Of a DNA stretch of 64,000 nucleotides, positions 13,714 to 27,400 are shown in pieces; position 1 is the first letter of the stretch; every line of letters begins with the position of its first letter. This DNA comes from Flaccisagitta enflata (Eukaryota). Both the position numbers and the translations under genes were made by a program. The stretch spans positions 3,224,001 to 3,288,000 of the forward strand of contig OZ231126.1 in NCBI GenBank assembly GCA_965153355.1. Reading direction: 5' to 3'. Below the pieces are notes generated by a model. It did no database searches and was not told where the DNA came from. It was given only the letters and a program-made list of their open reading frames with translations.

Positions 13714-14671
13714 ACTATGGCAAAATAAAAAAAGACAGCAATTTTCAAAATGATATTGTGAGCTCATTTTAGAGCAGGCATAATTTTAGACCCAGCGATA
13801 GTTTTGTACAAATTTGCTACCTAGCCAAAAAATCAGATCTTGAAAAAGTTGATTTTTGCACCCATAGCATTGATTTTTGCAAAATTTGGCCATTGAACAA
13901 TTGCCGAGTTGGTTTCAGTTTCAGTTTAGACCTAACTTTGAAAATTAGCTGTGAGCTCAATTTTTGGAGCAAGATCAAAAGTTTCTAGATGGTGATAGCA
14001 TGTCAAATTTCTGACACAGCAAAAAAATCAGAGCTCAAAAAAGTTTATTTTTGTAGCTGTAACATCAATTTTTGTAAAATCAATTGAAGTTGGATGGCCA
14101 AAATGAAAAAAACATTTATCTAGAAATGATTTTAAATGTTCATTTTTTTTAGTAGCTTCACATTTATTTTTTTAGTTGATAGTATAACAAGTTTTTGGCA
14201 CAGCAAAAAAATCAGAACTCAAAAAAGTGTATTATTGCATCGGTATCATCAATTTTTGTAAATTGACCTCAAATAAAAAGTCTAGTACTGTTATCTAGTT
14301 TTAAAAGATTTTACAAGAATTGATGTAGAAGGTACAAAAATACACTTTTTTGAATTCTGATTTTTTGTATGTGTCATGTTTGACCTGCTATGCTTAGTCT
14401 CAAAAGCATTGATCTTGCTCTGAGATTGAGCTCACGGTAAATTTTGAGTTGGATTTGGCTTCAAGAGCCTGTTAGAAGCAATGGTTCAATTGATAAAAAA
14501 TTTTGCAAAACTCCAATGCAGGCGCAAAAATCAACTTTTTCAAGATCTGATTTTTTAACCAGGTAGCAAATTTGACAAACTATCATAGTCTAAAAAATTA
14601 TGAAGCTGCTCTGAAAAATGAGTTCACAATATCATTTTGAAAATTACTGTCTTTTTTTATTTTGCCATAGT
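13714..14671. mobile_element. ~960-bp palindromic MITE flanked by TA (mirror about 22720-23670)
   Basis: TA|actatggcaaaataaaaaaagacag ... ctgtctttttttattttgccatagt|TA, with internal subrepeats (aaaaaatcaga..tc..aaaaagt) in both orientations. Confidence 0.75.
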
Positions 14672-15637
14672 TAGTAGGTAATGGAATTAGAAATTATCCA
14701 AGGAGGATTCCTGCCAATTCTAAAACGTATTGGCCCAGTAGTCTCTTCTGACGACATGTGTGGTTCAAAAATCGACGTTGGCATCTTTAGTTGTGGGAAA
14801 ACCTGAAGACCTTTCCAATAGTGATTATAACTAGGATAGTGCAGGAAGTTGTAATCGTAATATGATACCGTAAGGGAATCGTAGTTGGCATTATTTTTCC
14901 TATCGACTAGACGAGCGATAACCATGAGGTACCAAGCTCCAAGCATAGTAACATTTTGCGATCTATCATTACTATCAATTGTAGAAGTAACGGGTACGAA
15001 ACGCCGTGACACGCAAAAATTTTAAAATCGCGAGGAGTCAAACGGGCAAACACGTTTCAATCGTTGTTGGCTGAGCCCTCAGCTTTACGCATTAGTGACA
15101 CTTGGAAGGGGGGGGGGCGGGGAAAAGAGCAAGCATACATAAAAGGAAAACATACGTACGATCAAAGGAAATGAAACAAAGGACAAATATTGTCGAAGCA
15201 ATGTGGTAATTCTTTTCTTAATTCAGTTTAATCTGCGTATTCATAATTCCTAATTGGTTTTTTTCTACGCGGCAATTTAGCACTCGATTGCGTGAGGAGT
15301 CAAGCCATTCAAGGATCGTTTCCGTAGGCCTTAAATAAATTGAAAATATGAAATAGGTTAAAAGATTATGGGAAACCGCAGAAGCTCTTATTAGCGCTTA
15401 TGAAATTGAAATGACATCCAGTATAAAATGTCGGTATTATCGTTTTACCCTCCAACTATGTGTCTAAAACAGACCTTTTTTTACTTGGATTTTGTTTTTA
15501 ATTTTAGGTGCGACAAAGCACCTCTATAACTGGCTGTGTCCGTCGGTCGGTCTGTCAGTTGGTCGGTCGGGTAACGTATTCGTTCGACGATCCACACGTC
15601 GCACCTTATTGGCCTACTTGGCCTCGTTTTATTTTAA

Positions 15638-16277
<640 letters not shown>

Positions 16278-16350
16278 GCACAGATGCCGTTCTCAGCCAG
16301 TCTAAACCATTTTACAGCTGTTCGTTTGGCATGATCTTTCTAAGACTCAC

Positions 16351-16540
16351 TTGAGTTATTCGAGGGGGAAGTTGCAACGTGCAGCACATGATTCCCGCAA
16401 TGTTTCTGGACACCTGAAAGAGACGCATAATGAATATTGAATAGCAAGTCTATTGACTTCGATAGGCGCCTAATTACCGAGATTTCTAAAGAGAAAGGAT
16501 AGCGAAAAGTATTATAATAGTAAAATGGAAGCAGAAGCGG

Positions 16541-16572
<32 letters not shown>

Positions 16573-18756
16573 AAAACCAGAAGAGATTCCCAAATACCTT
16601 GGCGTCCATAACTTCCCATCGGTCTTTTTCTACATCGTAGCGTTGAATGAGATCGAGAAAATTTCTGGAATTCCAAGTGTAACCCCCAATGTTACAGATA
16701 AATCTGCAAAGAAAAACATTTCTTATTAACAATCAGCCGGGCTCTGGCTGGATCAAAAATCATGAGGCCTTTTCCATTGAAGTCTTTTATAGCAGCATTC
16801 AGGATAATCGATGGGTGGTGGGGGTAGGGGTGGGGGGAGATAAGGATGTGTGGAGGCGATGCCAGGAATAACCTCCTTTGAGAGGGGTTGAAAAGGACAG
16901 ACTTAAACTGACAACCGTGTGAAACAATCGTTTCAATATAGCCTGATCCTGAAACCTTACTTTGCCCGTTCTGTCGAAGTAAATGACCAACATGCAACAA
17001 TGCAATCGTTTGCACATATATTGGGATTTATAGACCGGCTTACCCGTGAAAGTAAACAGGGAACGTGTGACCTTGTCCGCGACACATGGAAGTGAGAGTC
17101 GTCCATTGTTCCGTGTCGGGGTCGAAGCATTCCGTGCTCAACGCGTCGCATCTCAATGCGTTGCTGTTCACGTAATTGCCACCAAACACGTAAATCTGCG
17201 GGGACAGATCCCGGGACGGAGTACAATAAATAGCTAGCATCTCCTTGTTTTAAAATTGGATATTGATAAAAGGCCATCTCTTATATCATTGACACCGCTT
17301 CCAATGACCAGTTGGAAGCTTCAGCTTCTCGTTATGTTTTATTATTAGCACTATTCCTAGTTTTTTTTTGCTCAGGAATGTTTATCAGTCGAACCTTTGG
17401 CCATAGTGTGGGTACCGCTTTTTGGGCAGCGGCCCCGAAGGGGCCGATGACCACTGCTTTCACACAGGAGAAATTTCTCACCTCCTTCTCCTTCGTACTC
17501 CCCACCCCGCTTTTCAGCCTCGAGGCCTAACTCCCAGCCTCAAGGGCCCAACTCCCAGCCTTGGCTCAATTCCCCAACCTTGAGGCTCAAATCCCAGTCT
17601 CGAGGCTCAAATCTCAGCCAAGAGGCTCAAATCCCTGCCTCTAAGCTCAAATCCCAGCTTCAAGGCCCCGATTCCAGCCTCCAGGCTCAAATAAAAACAG
17701 CATAGGTCATCGGCTCCTTCGGGGCCGCTGCCCTATGCTCATCTCACCCTCATACACTCACTTAGGGGCAACGGGTACCGCCGACCATCTAACGCTTTTG
17801 CGACTATTCAAACACTACGAGCAGCCATTTCTCTCATAAATTTCTGACTCGACCAAAACACACCATTGCCGCCGCGCGGCTGCAAAGCATACTCACCATT
17901 GTAACTCCAATGAAGCATGCTCACCATTGTAACTCCCATGAATGTATGATCACATCAATGAATGCACATTAACTGATGATTGATGAAGCAACAGCAACAT
18001 AGCTATGCAGATTATCAATGCTGATTCTGGCAACAGCGACGAAGACAAATTTACCTTGTCGTTGACGGAGACCATTCCATGATACATCCTGGCACGCATC
18101 ATGGACAGCTTGGACGTCCACTGGTCTTCGCTCGGGTTATAGCACATGAATTTGTTCGAAACGTGCCCAGAGAGCGATCCTCCACTAAGCATCCGTGAGA
18201 ACAGAAAATACTTGTTAATCGCGGTGATAAGTGGGCTCTATCTTCTTAACACCACGCAAATGAACAAAACAGAACAGAACAGGCGAACCAGACAAATCCA
18301 CAGAAATCCAGCGAACACGTTCTTTAATCATGTGAATAAAGTATAAACATCACCACATGGGCAGCCAAGATCTACTTTACCTAATGTAGACGTTCCCTTT
18401 GGCCACGCAACCAGCGTGTCCGTGCGTCGAAGCCGAGAGGGGAGCAATGTAGTCCCATTTGTTCTTCTTGAAGTCGTACTACAAATGAATTGGAGAGTAT
18501 TTTTTTGATGAACCACGCCACGTGAATCATTTTCAACGCTTGTCTGACTGGGCCGTTTTGAGACAGTAGTTACCGATGTACATAAGATATCATCAACAAT
18601 CTCCAGATCGTCACCTTCTCGGCGGTGGAAAGAGATCCGAATCTGTTCCTGCCTCCGACGGCGATAACGTGGTGGCCAACGGACATGGCGCAAAACGTGG
18701 CACGCTCCTCGTTCATTGACGCCATTTGCATCCAAGAGTCGAAATTTGGAGAGTAT
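16351..18756 (-). CDS. Kelch-like protein, 3' portion only (about four Kelch repeats); 5' part absent, cut at the palindrome apex
   Basis: GT-AG exons 18756-18615 ([47 protein letters not shown]), 18478-18381 ([33 protein letters not shown]), 18184-18055 ([43 protein letters not shown]), 17195-17044 (IYVFGGNY...[13 protein letters not shown]...), 16703-16598 ([10 protein letters not shown]...[11 protein letters not shown]...) and 16413-16351 ([21 protein letters not shown]). Phases are compatible and the GG...Y.P...W Kelch spacing is canonical. The stop is uncertain (read-through versus a short extra exon). Confidence 0.9.
17420..17806. mobile_element. HINE-like family B element with ~21-bp internal repeats, in a Kelch intron
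   Basis: ttttgggcagcggccccgaaggggccgatga ... (gaggctcaaatcccagcct)n ... ggggccgctgccc ... gggtaccgccgaccatctaacgcttttgcgact; same architecture as 4179-4774 and 52017-52670. Confidence 0.7.
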
Positions 18757-20240
18757 CTGTTGTTAAGAAGGTAACAAAGGATGATAGAATGAAGTTTGAA
18801 AGAGACAAGAGCGTGTCAACTCCATTGATTGATCAGGTTAAAAGATTGACAAGCAGGCAGGTACACATTGTGAAGCAGGCGGATGACAATGCCCGTCTGT
18901 TTGTAATCTTAGCCTGTCAATCGACGAGTTGGCACACGCTCTGTCTGAAACTATCGCTGTTGCAGCAACAACAGTACTCTCAAATTTCGACACTCTTAAT
19001 TCTAAATAATGGGCGAGCATGCCACATACGCGCAATATCAACCTGCGACGCTGGTCGAATGCTCCTGGCGATCTGGAAGATTATTGATGATATGTAGCCA
19101 TCGGCTCTGTCAAAACGACGATCAGATGGCGTTAATGATATTTAAATATATTCATTTATGGCTGGCAAAAAGGCAAATATACGACAACTCCCTCTCAGCT
19201 CGACACACGAACACGCTGATTGCTGCATCTACGACCAGGTAAAGAAACGGGGCTCTTGGCATTATGTGACGATATTTGCTACTATTCACATGATTAAAGA
19301 ACGTGTTAAGCTGAATCTGCAGTTCATTAATTTCTATTCTGTTCTGACTGTTCATTGCGTGATTATTAAATGAAATTACTGCATACCGCGATCCTTTTCT
19401 GTTCTCACGGATGCCCAGTGGAGGTCAACTCTCTGAGCACGTTTCAGACAAATTCATGTGCTACTAACCCGAGCGAGCGATGGACGTCCATCTGTGCGTG
19501 CCGAAGGTCGTGATGGTGCCCGAAAACAAATTTGTCTTCGTCACTATTATCAGCATTGATAATCTGCGCCTTGCTGTTGCTCGTCAATCATCGGTGTGTG
19601 CATTCGTGATGATCGCCATTCATGGTACAATAGTGAGCATGCTTCATTGGAGGTGCAATGGTATTATACTTGCAGCCGCGCGGCAATCAGTGATCGAGTC
19701 GAAATTTATGAATAATGTAATGTTTGAATAGTCGCAAAAGCTTTGGAAAACCGACGTACCGACAGCTGGTGTATGAGTAGACCTGGTGGGGAAAGGCGAC
19801 GGCGTGGTGACCTATGCTGTTTGAGCCTGGAGGAAGCTGGGACAACTGGATTTGAAGCAGAAGGTGGCCTCTTGGCTGTCAGGCGCTGGATTTAACACTC
19901 AGGTTGGGATGAAACCTCCAGGCTGGAGTAGGCCTTGAGTGAGTGCCGGCAGGCTGAGGGGGTGCGAGGAAGGAGGAGGGAGAATATCGTCATCCGGCAT
20001 AAAGGGCCGCCTTAAAAGCGGTACCCACACTATGGCCAAAGGTTCGACTGATAAACATTCCTGAGCAAAAAAAAACTAGGAATAGTGCTAATAATAAAAC
20101 ATAACGAGAAGCTGAAGCTTCCAACTGGTCATTGGAAGCGGTGTCAATGATATAAGAGATGGCCTTTTATCAATATCCAATTTTAAAACAAGGAGATGCT
20201 AGCTATTTATTGTACTCCGTCCCGGGATCTGTCCCCGCAG

Positions 20241-20863
20241 ATTTACGTGTTTGGTGGCAATTACGTGAACAGCAACGCATTGAGATGCGACGCGTTGAGC
20301 ACGGAATGCTTCGACCCCGACACGGAACAATGGACGACTCTCACTTCCATGTGTCGCGGACAAGGTCACACGTTCCCTGTTTACTTTCACGGGTAAGCCG
20401 GTCTATAAATCCCAATATATGTGCAAACGATTGCATTGTTGCATGTTGGTCATTTACTTCGACAGAACGGGCAAAGTAAGGTTTCAGGATCAGGCTATAT
20501 TGAAACGATTGTTTCACACGGTTGTCAGTTTAAGTCTGTCCTTTTCAACCCCTCTCAAAGGAGGTTATTCCTGGCATCGCCTCCACACATCCTTATCTCC
20601 CCCCACCCCTACCCCCACCACCCATCGATTATCCTGAATGCTGCTATAAAAGACTTCAATGGAAAAGGCCTCATGATTTTTGATCCAGCCAGAGCCCGGC
20701 TGATTGTTAATAAGAAATGTTTTTCTTTGCAGATTTATCTGTAACATTGGGGGTTACACTTGGAATTCCAGAAATTTTCTCGATCTCATTCAACGCTACG
20801 ATGTAGAAAAAGACCGATGGGAAGTTATGGACGCCAAGGTATTTGGGAATCTCTTCTGGTTTT

Positions 20864-20895
<32 letters not shown>

Positions 20896-21085
20896 CCGCT
20901 TCTGCTTCCATTTTACTATTATAATACTTTTCGCTATCCTTTCTCTTTAGAAATCTCGGTAATTAGGCGCCTATCGAAGTCAATAGACTTGCTATTCAAT
21001 ATTCATTATGCGTCTCTTTCAGGTGTCCAGAAACATTGCGGGAATCATGTGCTGCACGTTGCAACTTCCCCCTCGAATAACTCAA
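20241..21085 (+). CDS. Mirror copy of the last three Kelch-like exons; upstream exons in this arm are degraded
   Basis: Exons 20241-20392, 20733-20838 and 21023-21085 match the left arm. Possible ends are read-through to TAA 21122-21124 or a short exon 21928-21954 (THSWRVKR*). Remnants of the three upstream exons at about 18973-19520 are riddled with indels. Confidence 0.8.
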
Positions 21086-21160
21086 GTGAGTCTTAGAAAG
21101 ATCATGCCAAACGAACAGCTGTAAAATGGTTTAGACTGGCTGAGAACGGCATCTCATCGG

Positions 21161-21353
<193 letters not shown>

Positions 21354-21444
21354 ACACACACACAGACACACAGACACACAGACACACAGACACACACAGA
21401 CACAGACAGACACAGACAGACAGACAGACACAGACAGACAGACA

Positions 21445-21499
<55 letters not shown>

Positions 21500-24400
21500 A
21501 GGGAGACACAAACACACACAAGGAGAGAGGGAGACACACATACACACACACACAAGGAGAGAGAGAGACACACACACACACAAGGAGAGAGAGAGACACA
21601 CATACACACACACACAAGGAGAGAGAGAGACACACACACACAAGGAGAGAGAGACACACACACACACACAAGTAGAGAGAGAGAGACACACACACACACA
21701 AGTAGAGAGAGAGAGACACACACACACAAGGAGAGAGAGACACACACACACACTTAAAATAAAACGAGGCCAAGTAGGCCAATAAGGTGCGACGTGTGGA
21801 TCGTCGAACGAATGCGTTACCCGACCGACCAACTGACAGACCGACCGACGGACACAGCCAGTTATAGAGGTGCTTTGTCGCACCTAAAATTAAAAACAAA
21901 ATCCAAGTAAAAAAAGGTCTGTTTTAGACACATAGTTGGAGGGTAAAACGATAATACCGACATTTTATACTGGATGTCATTTCAATTTCATAAGCGCTAA
22001 TAAGAGCTTCTGCGGTTTCCCATAATCTTTTAACCTATTTCATATTTTCAATTTATTTAAGGCCTACGGAAACGATCCTTGAATGGCTTGACTCCTCACG
22101 CAATCGAGTGCTAAATTGCCGCGTCGAAAAAAACCAATTAGGAATTATGAATACGCAGATTAAACTGAATTAAGAAAAGAATTACCACATTGCTTCGACA
22201 ATATTTGTCCTGTGTTTCATTTCCTTTGATCGTACGTATGTTTTCCTTTTATGTATGCTTGCTCTTTTCCCCGCCCCCCCCCCTTCCAAGTGTCACTAAT
22301 GCGTAAAGCTGAGGGCTCAGCCAACAACGATTGAAACGTGTTTGCCCGTTTGACTCCTCGCGATTTTAAAATTTTTGCGTGTCACGGCGTTTCGTACCCG
22401 TTACTTCTACAATTGATAGTAATGATAGATCGCAAAATGTTACTATGCTTGGAGCTTGGTACCTCATGGTTATCGCTCGTCTAGTCGATAGGAAAAATAA
22501 TGCCAACTACGATTCCCTTACGGTATCATATTACGATTACAACTTCCTGCACTATCCTAGTTATAATCACTATTGGAAAGGTCTTCAGGTTTTCCCACAA
22601 CTAAAGATGCCAACGTCGATTTTTGAACCACACATGTCGTCAGAAGAGACTACTGGGCCAATACGTTTTAGAATTGGCAGGAATCCTCCTTGGATAATTT
22701 CTAATTCCATTACCTACTAACTATGGCAAAATAAAAAAAGACAGTAATTTTCAAAATGATATTATGAACTCATTTTTCAGAGCAGCTTTATAATTTTTTA
22801 GACTAAGATAGTTTGTCAAATTTGCTACCTGGTTAAAAAATCAGATCTTGAAAAAGTTGATTTTTGCGCACATTTGCCAGCTTTAGGTTTTGCAAATTTT
22901 GTCAATTGAACCATCGCCAAATAGGTTTCAGTTTAGATCCAACTTTGAAAATCTACTGTGAGCTCAACTTTTAGAGCAAGATCAATATTTTTAAGATGGT
23001 GATAGCAGGTCACAAATTTCTAACACAGCAAAAAATCAGAATTCAAAAAAGTGTATTTTTATATCTTCTACATCAATTCTTGCAAAATCTTTTAAAACTA
23101 GATAACAGTACTAGACTTTTTTTATGGTCAATTTACAAAAATTGATGATACCGATGCAAATAATACACTTTTGAGTTCTGATTTTTTTGCTGTGTCAAAA
23201 ACTTGTTTTACTATCACCAACTAAAAAATGTGAAGCTACTAAAAAGAGTGAACATTTGAAATCATTTCAAGATAAATGTTTTTCATTTTGGCCATCCAAC
23301 TTCAACTGATTTTACAAAAATTGATGTTACAGCTACAAAAATAAACTTTTTTGAGCTCTGATTTTTTCGCTGTGTCAGAAATTTGACATGCTATCACCAT
23401 CTCAGAAATTTTGATCATGCTCAAAAAATTGAGCTCACAGTCAATTTCAAGTTAGGTCTAAACTAAATTGAAACCAACTCGCTTGTTGTTCAATAGACAA
23501 ATTTTGCAAAAATCAATGCTATGGGTGCAAAAATCAACTTTTTCAAGATCTGATTTTTTGGCTAGGTAGCAAATTAGACAAACTATCATGGTCTAAAAAT
23601 TATAAAGCTGCTCTAAAATGAGCTCACAATATCATTTGAAAATTATATTCTTTTTTATTTTGCTTTACCTATTTATTTGAAATTCTATCTTTGGTCGCAG
23701 TTGTGCTAGCTTATGGGTGTAATATCGCAGGAGTCTGTGGGCCAAAAAAAATGGTCAAAAAGTTTGACACATATCAGGCTATGACGTTGATTCATGCCAG
23801 ATTTTATGACTAGGGGCCCGGTAGTTTCTGGGGACGTTTGTGGTTCGAAAATTGGGGTTGACATCTTTAATTCTGGAAAAACTTGTAGTAGTTTAATTCC
23901 ACATTTTCAAGTATGTTTGGGCCCCTTTTTTGCAATGTCATTAAAGAAAAATCTTTCACCCATTCCATCTAGTCTTACCCCTCCCCTTTGCTTTCCATTC
24001 AATTGTGCTGAGCCTTCAGATTTCCGCAGGGGAAAAGTAAGAATTCTTTACATTGTGTCTTCTTGATCCATATCTTGTATTTATAGAAAACTAAAGTTTC
24101 TATATCTTTATACGCTGCATCAAAAACGAATACATGAGTACTGATTTTTCTTCGTCTCCTTGGCGTTTTTTTTTGTTTGTTTTTGTTTTAACGGTTAGAG
24201 TAGCAGTGAGGTAAGGTAGTGAAAACTAGTCAATGAGATACCCGTTAGACCAAGAGAGATACCGGTTAGATGATTCCTTGGCCAGAGACAGTATCAAGCT
24301 CCGACGGTGATCAAACATATACAGTACCGGAATCAAAGAACTGGTGATAAGGAGGGAAGCCATATCTCTTCAATTACAAGGATATGAGATCTGAAATTTT

Positions 24401-27400
24401 TCTGTGGTGTGCACCTATAGTACCCCCACCCCCATGAGGTTTGGAGCTGTTCAGGCAATTTTTGTTTTTGGTTGTCAAAAAAAATTTTTTTCTAAAAATT
24501 GCTATTGTAGGCTAAAAAATTTATTTCAAAAATTGTCTTTTATGATAGATATAGGTAATGCCAGAGCTACAAATTTCATTTTTTGAAAAATATTTTCCGC
24601 CAATTTTTAAGGGAACGACACTAAAAAAAAATTTCAAAAATGAAAAGCAGCTATAATTTCCTAAACGATTGGCTTAACATGATAATTTTGGCATGAAAGT
24701 AGTCACACAGAACTTCAATGTGTATGCAAAATTTCAACAGTCCATAGTTGTGAATTTTAAAAGAGTTATAGCATTTTAAAATTTTAATGATTTTTGTAAA
24801 AACCATTTTTTCTGTAAAATTTTTTTGTCAACCATTTACTGTAAAATTTCATATACAAACAAAGTAACTGATGAATTTTTAGTTCCAAAAAAAAATTGGC
24901 CACTGTGACCCCTTAAAAAAAATTTTTTTCTCAAAAATTGCCAAAATGACCCATTTTCCAAAGTTGAATAAAAACTGTTCCTGTCATCCGATCATCTTCA
25001 TTTTTGGTGGAGTTGTTTACCTATTATCTACCCCTAACTTCACCTAAAATTTGACTCTTATGCATAAGCAGTTTGCGGAGATATTGGCGTTCAAAGTTAC
25101 TTTGTCAGAGCAAAATCAGCAAAATTGGCATTTTGGCTATTACGAGTTTGTATAAAATTCTATTTTTCTTCTAGAGACCTCCATTTTAGCTGAAGTTACT
25201 AAGGTTTAAGCATATATTCATATTCCAAAATTTCGCACTTGTCAGCCAAGCTATTTTAGGGATATGATGGTCCAAAATTTCAAAAAACACTAATTTTTCA
25301 ACAAAGATTGCAAGGAAAATTTTTCAAAAAAATTTTTAAAAAAAGGTTGTCCTCCGGGTTTTGGATCTGGGTGAATTAGATAATTCCCAATTGTGTTGAA
25401 CCCCCCTTTGAAAACCATTTTGAGAAAAATTTTTGCTTATTTTTTTCCTGAAGATTTGGTTGAAAAATTGGCATTTTTAAAAACTTTGGACCATCATATC
25501 CCTAAAACGGCTTGGCTGACAAGTGTGAAACTTTGGAATATGAATATATGTGTAAACCTGAGTAACTTCAGCTAAAATGGAGGTCTCTGGAGGAAAAAAC
25601 ATCCTATGCAAGCTCAAAAATAGCCAAAATGCCAATTTTGCTGATTTTGCTCTGACAAAGTAACTTTGAAAGTCAATATCTCCGCAACCGTTTGGCGTAG
25701 TGAGCTCAAATTTTAGGTGAAGTTAGGGTAGATAATAGGTAACATAACTCCACCAAAATAGAGATGATGGATGTGGAACAGTTTTATTAACTTTGAAAAA
25801 TGGGTCATTTTGGCAATTTTTGAGAAAAAAAAAATTTTTTTAAGGGGTCACATGGCCAAAATTTTTTTTGAAGCAAAAATTCATCAGTTACTTTGTTTGT
25901 ATATGATTTTAAGAAAATGGTTAATGAAAAAAAGTGCTTTAAGCCAGGAAGAAATGGTTTTAAAAATCATTAAAATTTCAAAATAACTATAACTCCTTTA
26001 AAATTCAACTATGACTGTTGAAATTTTGCATTTACATTGAAGGTTCTCAGGACTACTTTCATGCTCAAAAGTATCTTATTAAGCCAATTATTTAGGAAAT
26101 TATAACTGTTTTTCATTTTTTTGAAATTTTTTTTTTTAGTGTCGTTCCCTTAAAAATTACTTGGAAAATATTTTCAAAAAATGAAATTTGTAGCTCTTGG
26201 CATTACCTATATTTAACATAAAAGAAAATTTTTGAAATAAATTTTTTAGCCTACAATATCAATTTTTAGAAAAATTTTTTTTTGACAGCCAAAAACAAAA
26301 ATTGCCTGGAAGAGCTCCAAACCCTTACATAGGGTGGGGGTACTATAGGTGCACACCACAGAAAAATTTCAGATCTCATATCCTTGTAATTGGAAAGATA
26401 TGGCTTCCCTCCTTATCACCAGTTCTTTGATTCCGGTACTGTATATTGTTCTGTATCATGAAAATCTAGTAAAAAAACCACGTCAGAATGCAGCAATTTA
26501 CATATTTGGGGCTTTGTAATTTTAGGGATTTGGATAAACAAGGCCGGATATACGGCTACCTTAGTCGCTTGCTTGTGGGCAGGGGCGGTGAAAAAAAGCT
26601 AAGCGTGACCGACGGACGGACCAACAGACAGACGGACAGAGCGGTTGTAGAGTCGCGTGCACACGACTAAAAATGAAAGGTGAATTCAACTCTCAACATC
26701 TTGAAATTCAGTCCTTGCATGCACTATGTCTCTGATGTTGGTCTCATCAAGAGAAACTTTAGATCAAGTTCGTTATAATGTACTGATTTAAATTTAGAAA
26801 GTAGTCTGGGTGGCACTCGAGGTGGCCGAAGCCACCCCGGCCACTCTAAGTGCCACCCCAGCCACTCCAAGTGCCACTCCAGCCTGAACCTACCTCAGGG
26901 TGGCCGGGGTGGCTTTAACGATAAGGCAGGCCTGTATATTGTTTCGTATTCCCCCCCCGGTGGGGGAGGGAAAATAATCAAAGGGTTTGGAGAAAGGGAA
27001 GGAAAAAGAAGGAGGAAAAAGAAAAAAACTTGGGAAAATATAACTTTTGTAGTAAAATCATAAAACATGATAAATTAAACACAATTCTTTTCTTTAAACC
27101 TTAAATACCCAGTTTTAGTGGTTTTTACTGAGGAAGAAAAACATTGATTTTGGTAGCAACGGCGATAAATCATAGGGAAAACTCAAAAGGAGGAAAATAA
27201 TCAAAGGTTATGGAATTATATACACCCCTGCGATAAGGTGGCTACAATTTACTATATACTAAATTTACCTTATTCAAAACTTACCTCATGCTAAACTTAG
27301 CTTATATTGAACATACCTAATGCTTAATTTACCTTTAACTATCCTTATACTTACCTATCCCTAAACTTAACACTAACCTATCCTAATACATAACTATCCT

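Noticed and set aside
11059-14671. Autonomous transposase within the long-TIR elements
   Set aside because: AT-rich and self-complementary, with only short ORFs lacking DDE or HTH motifs.
18726-19731. Apparently unique ORFs in the palindrome centre suggesting a spacer gene
   Set aside because: The region is the degraded reverse complement of about 17800-18871, not unique sequence.
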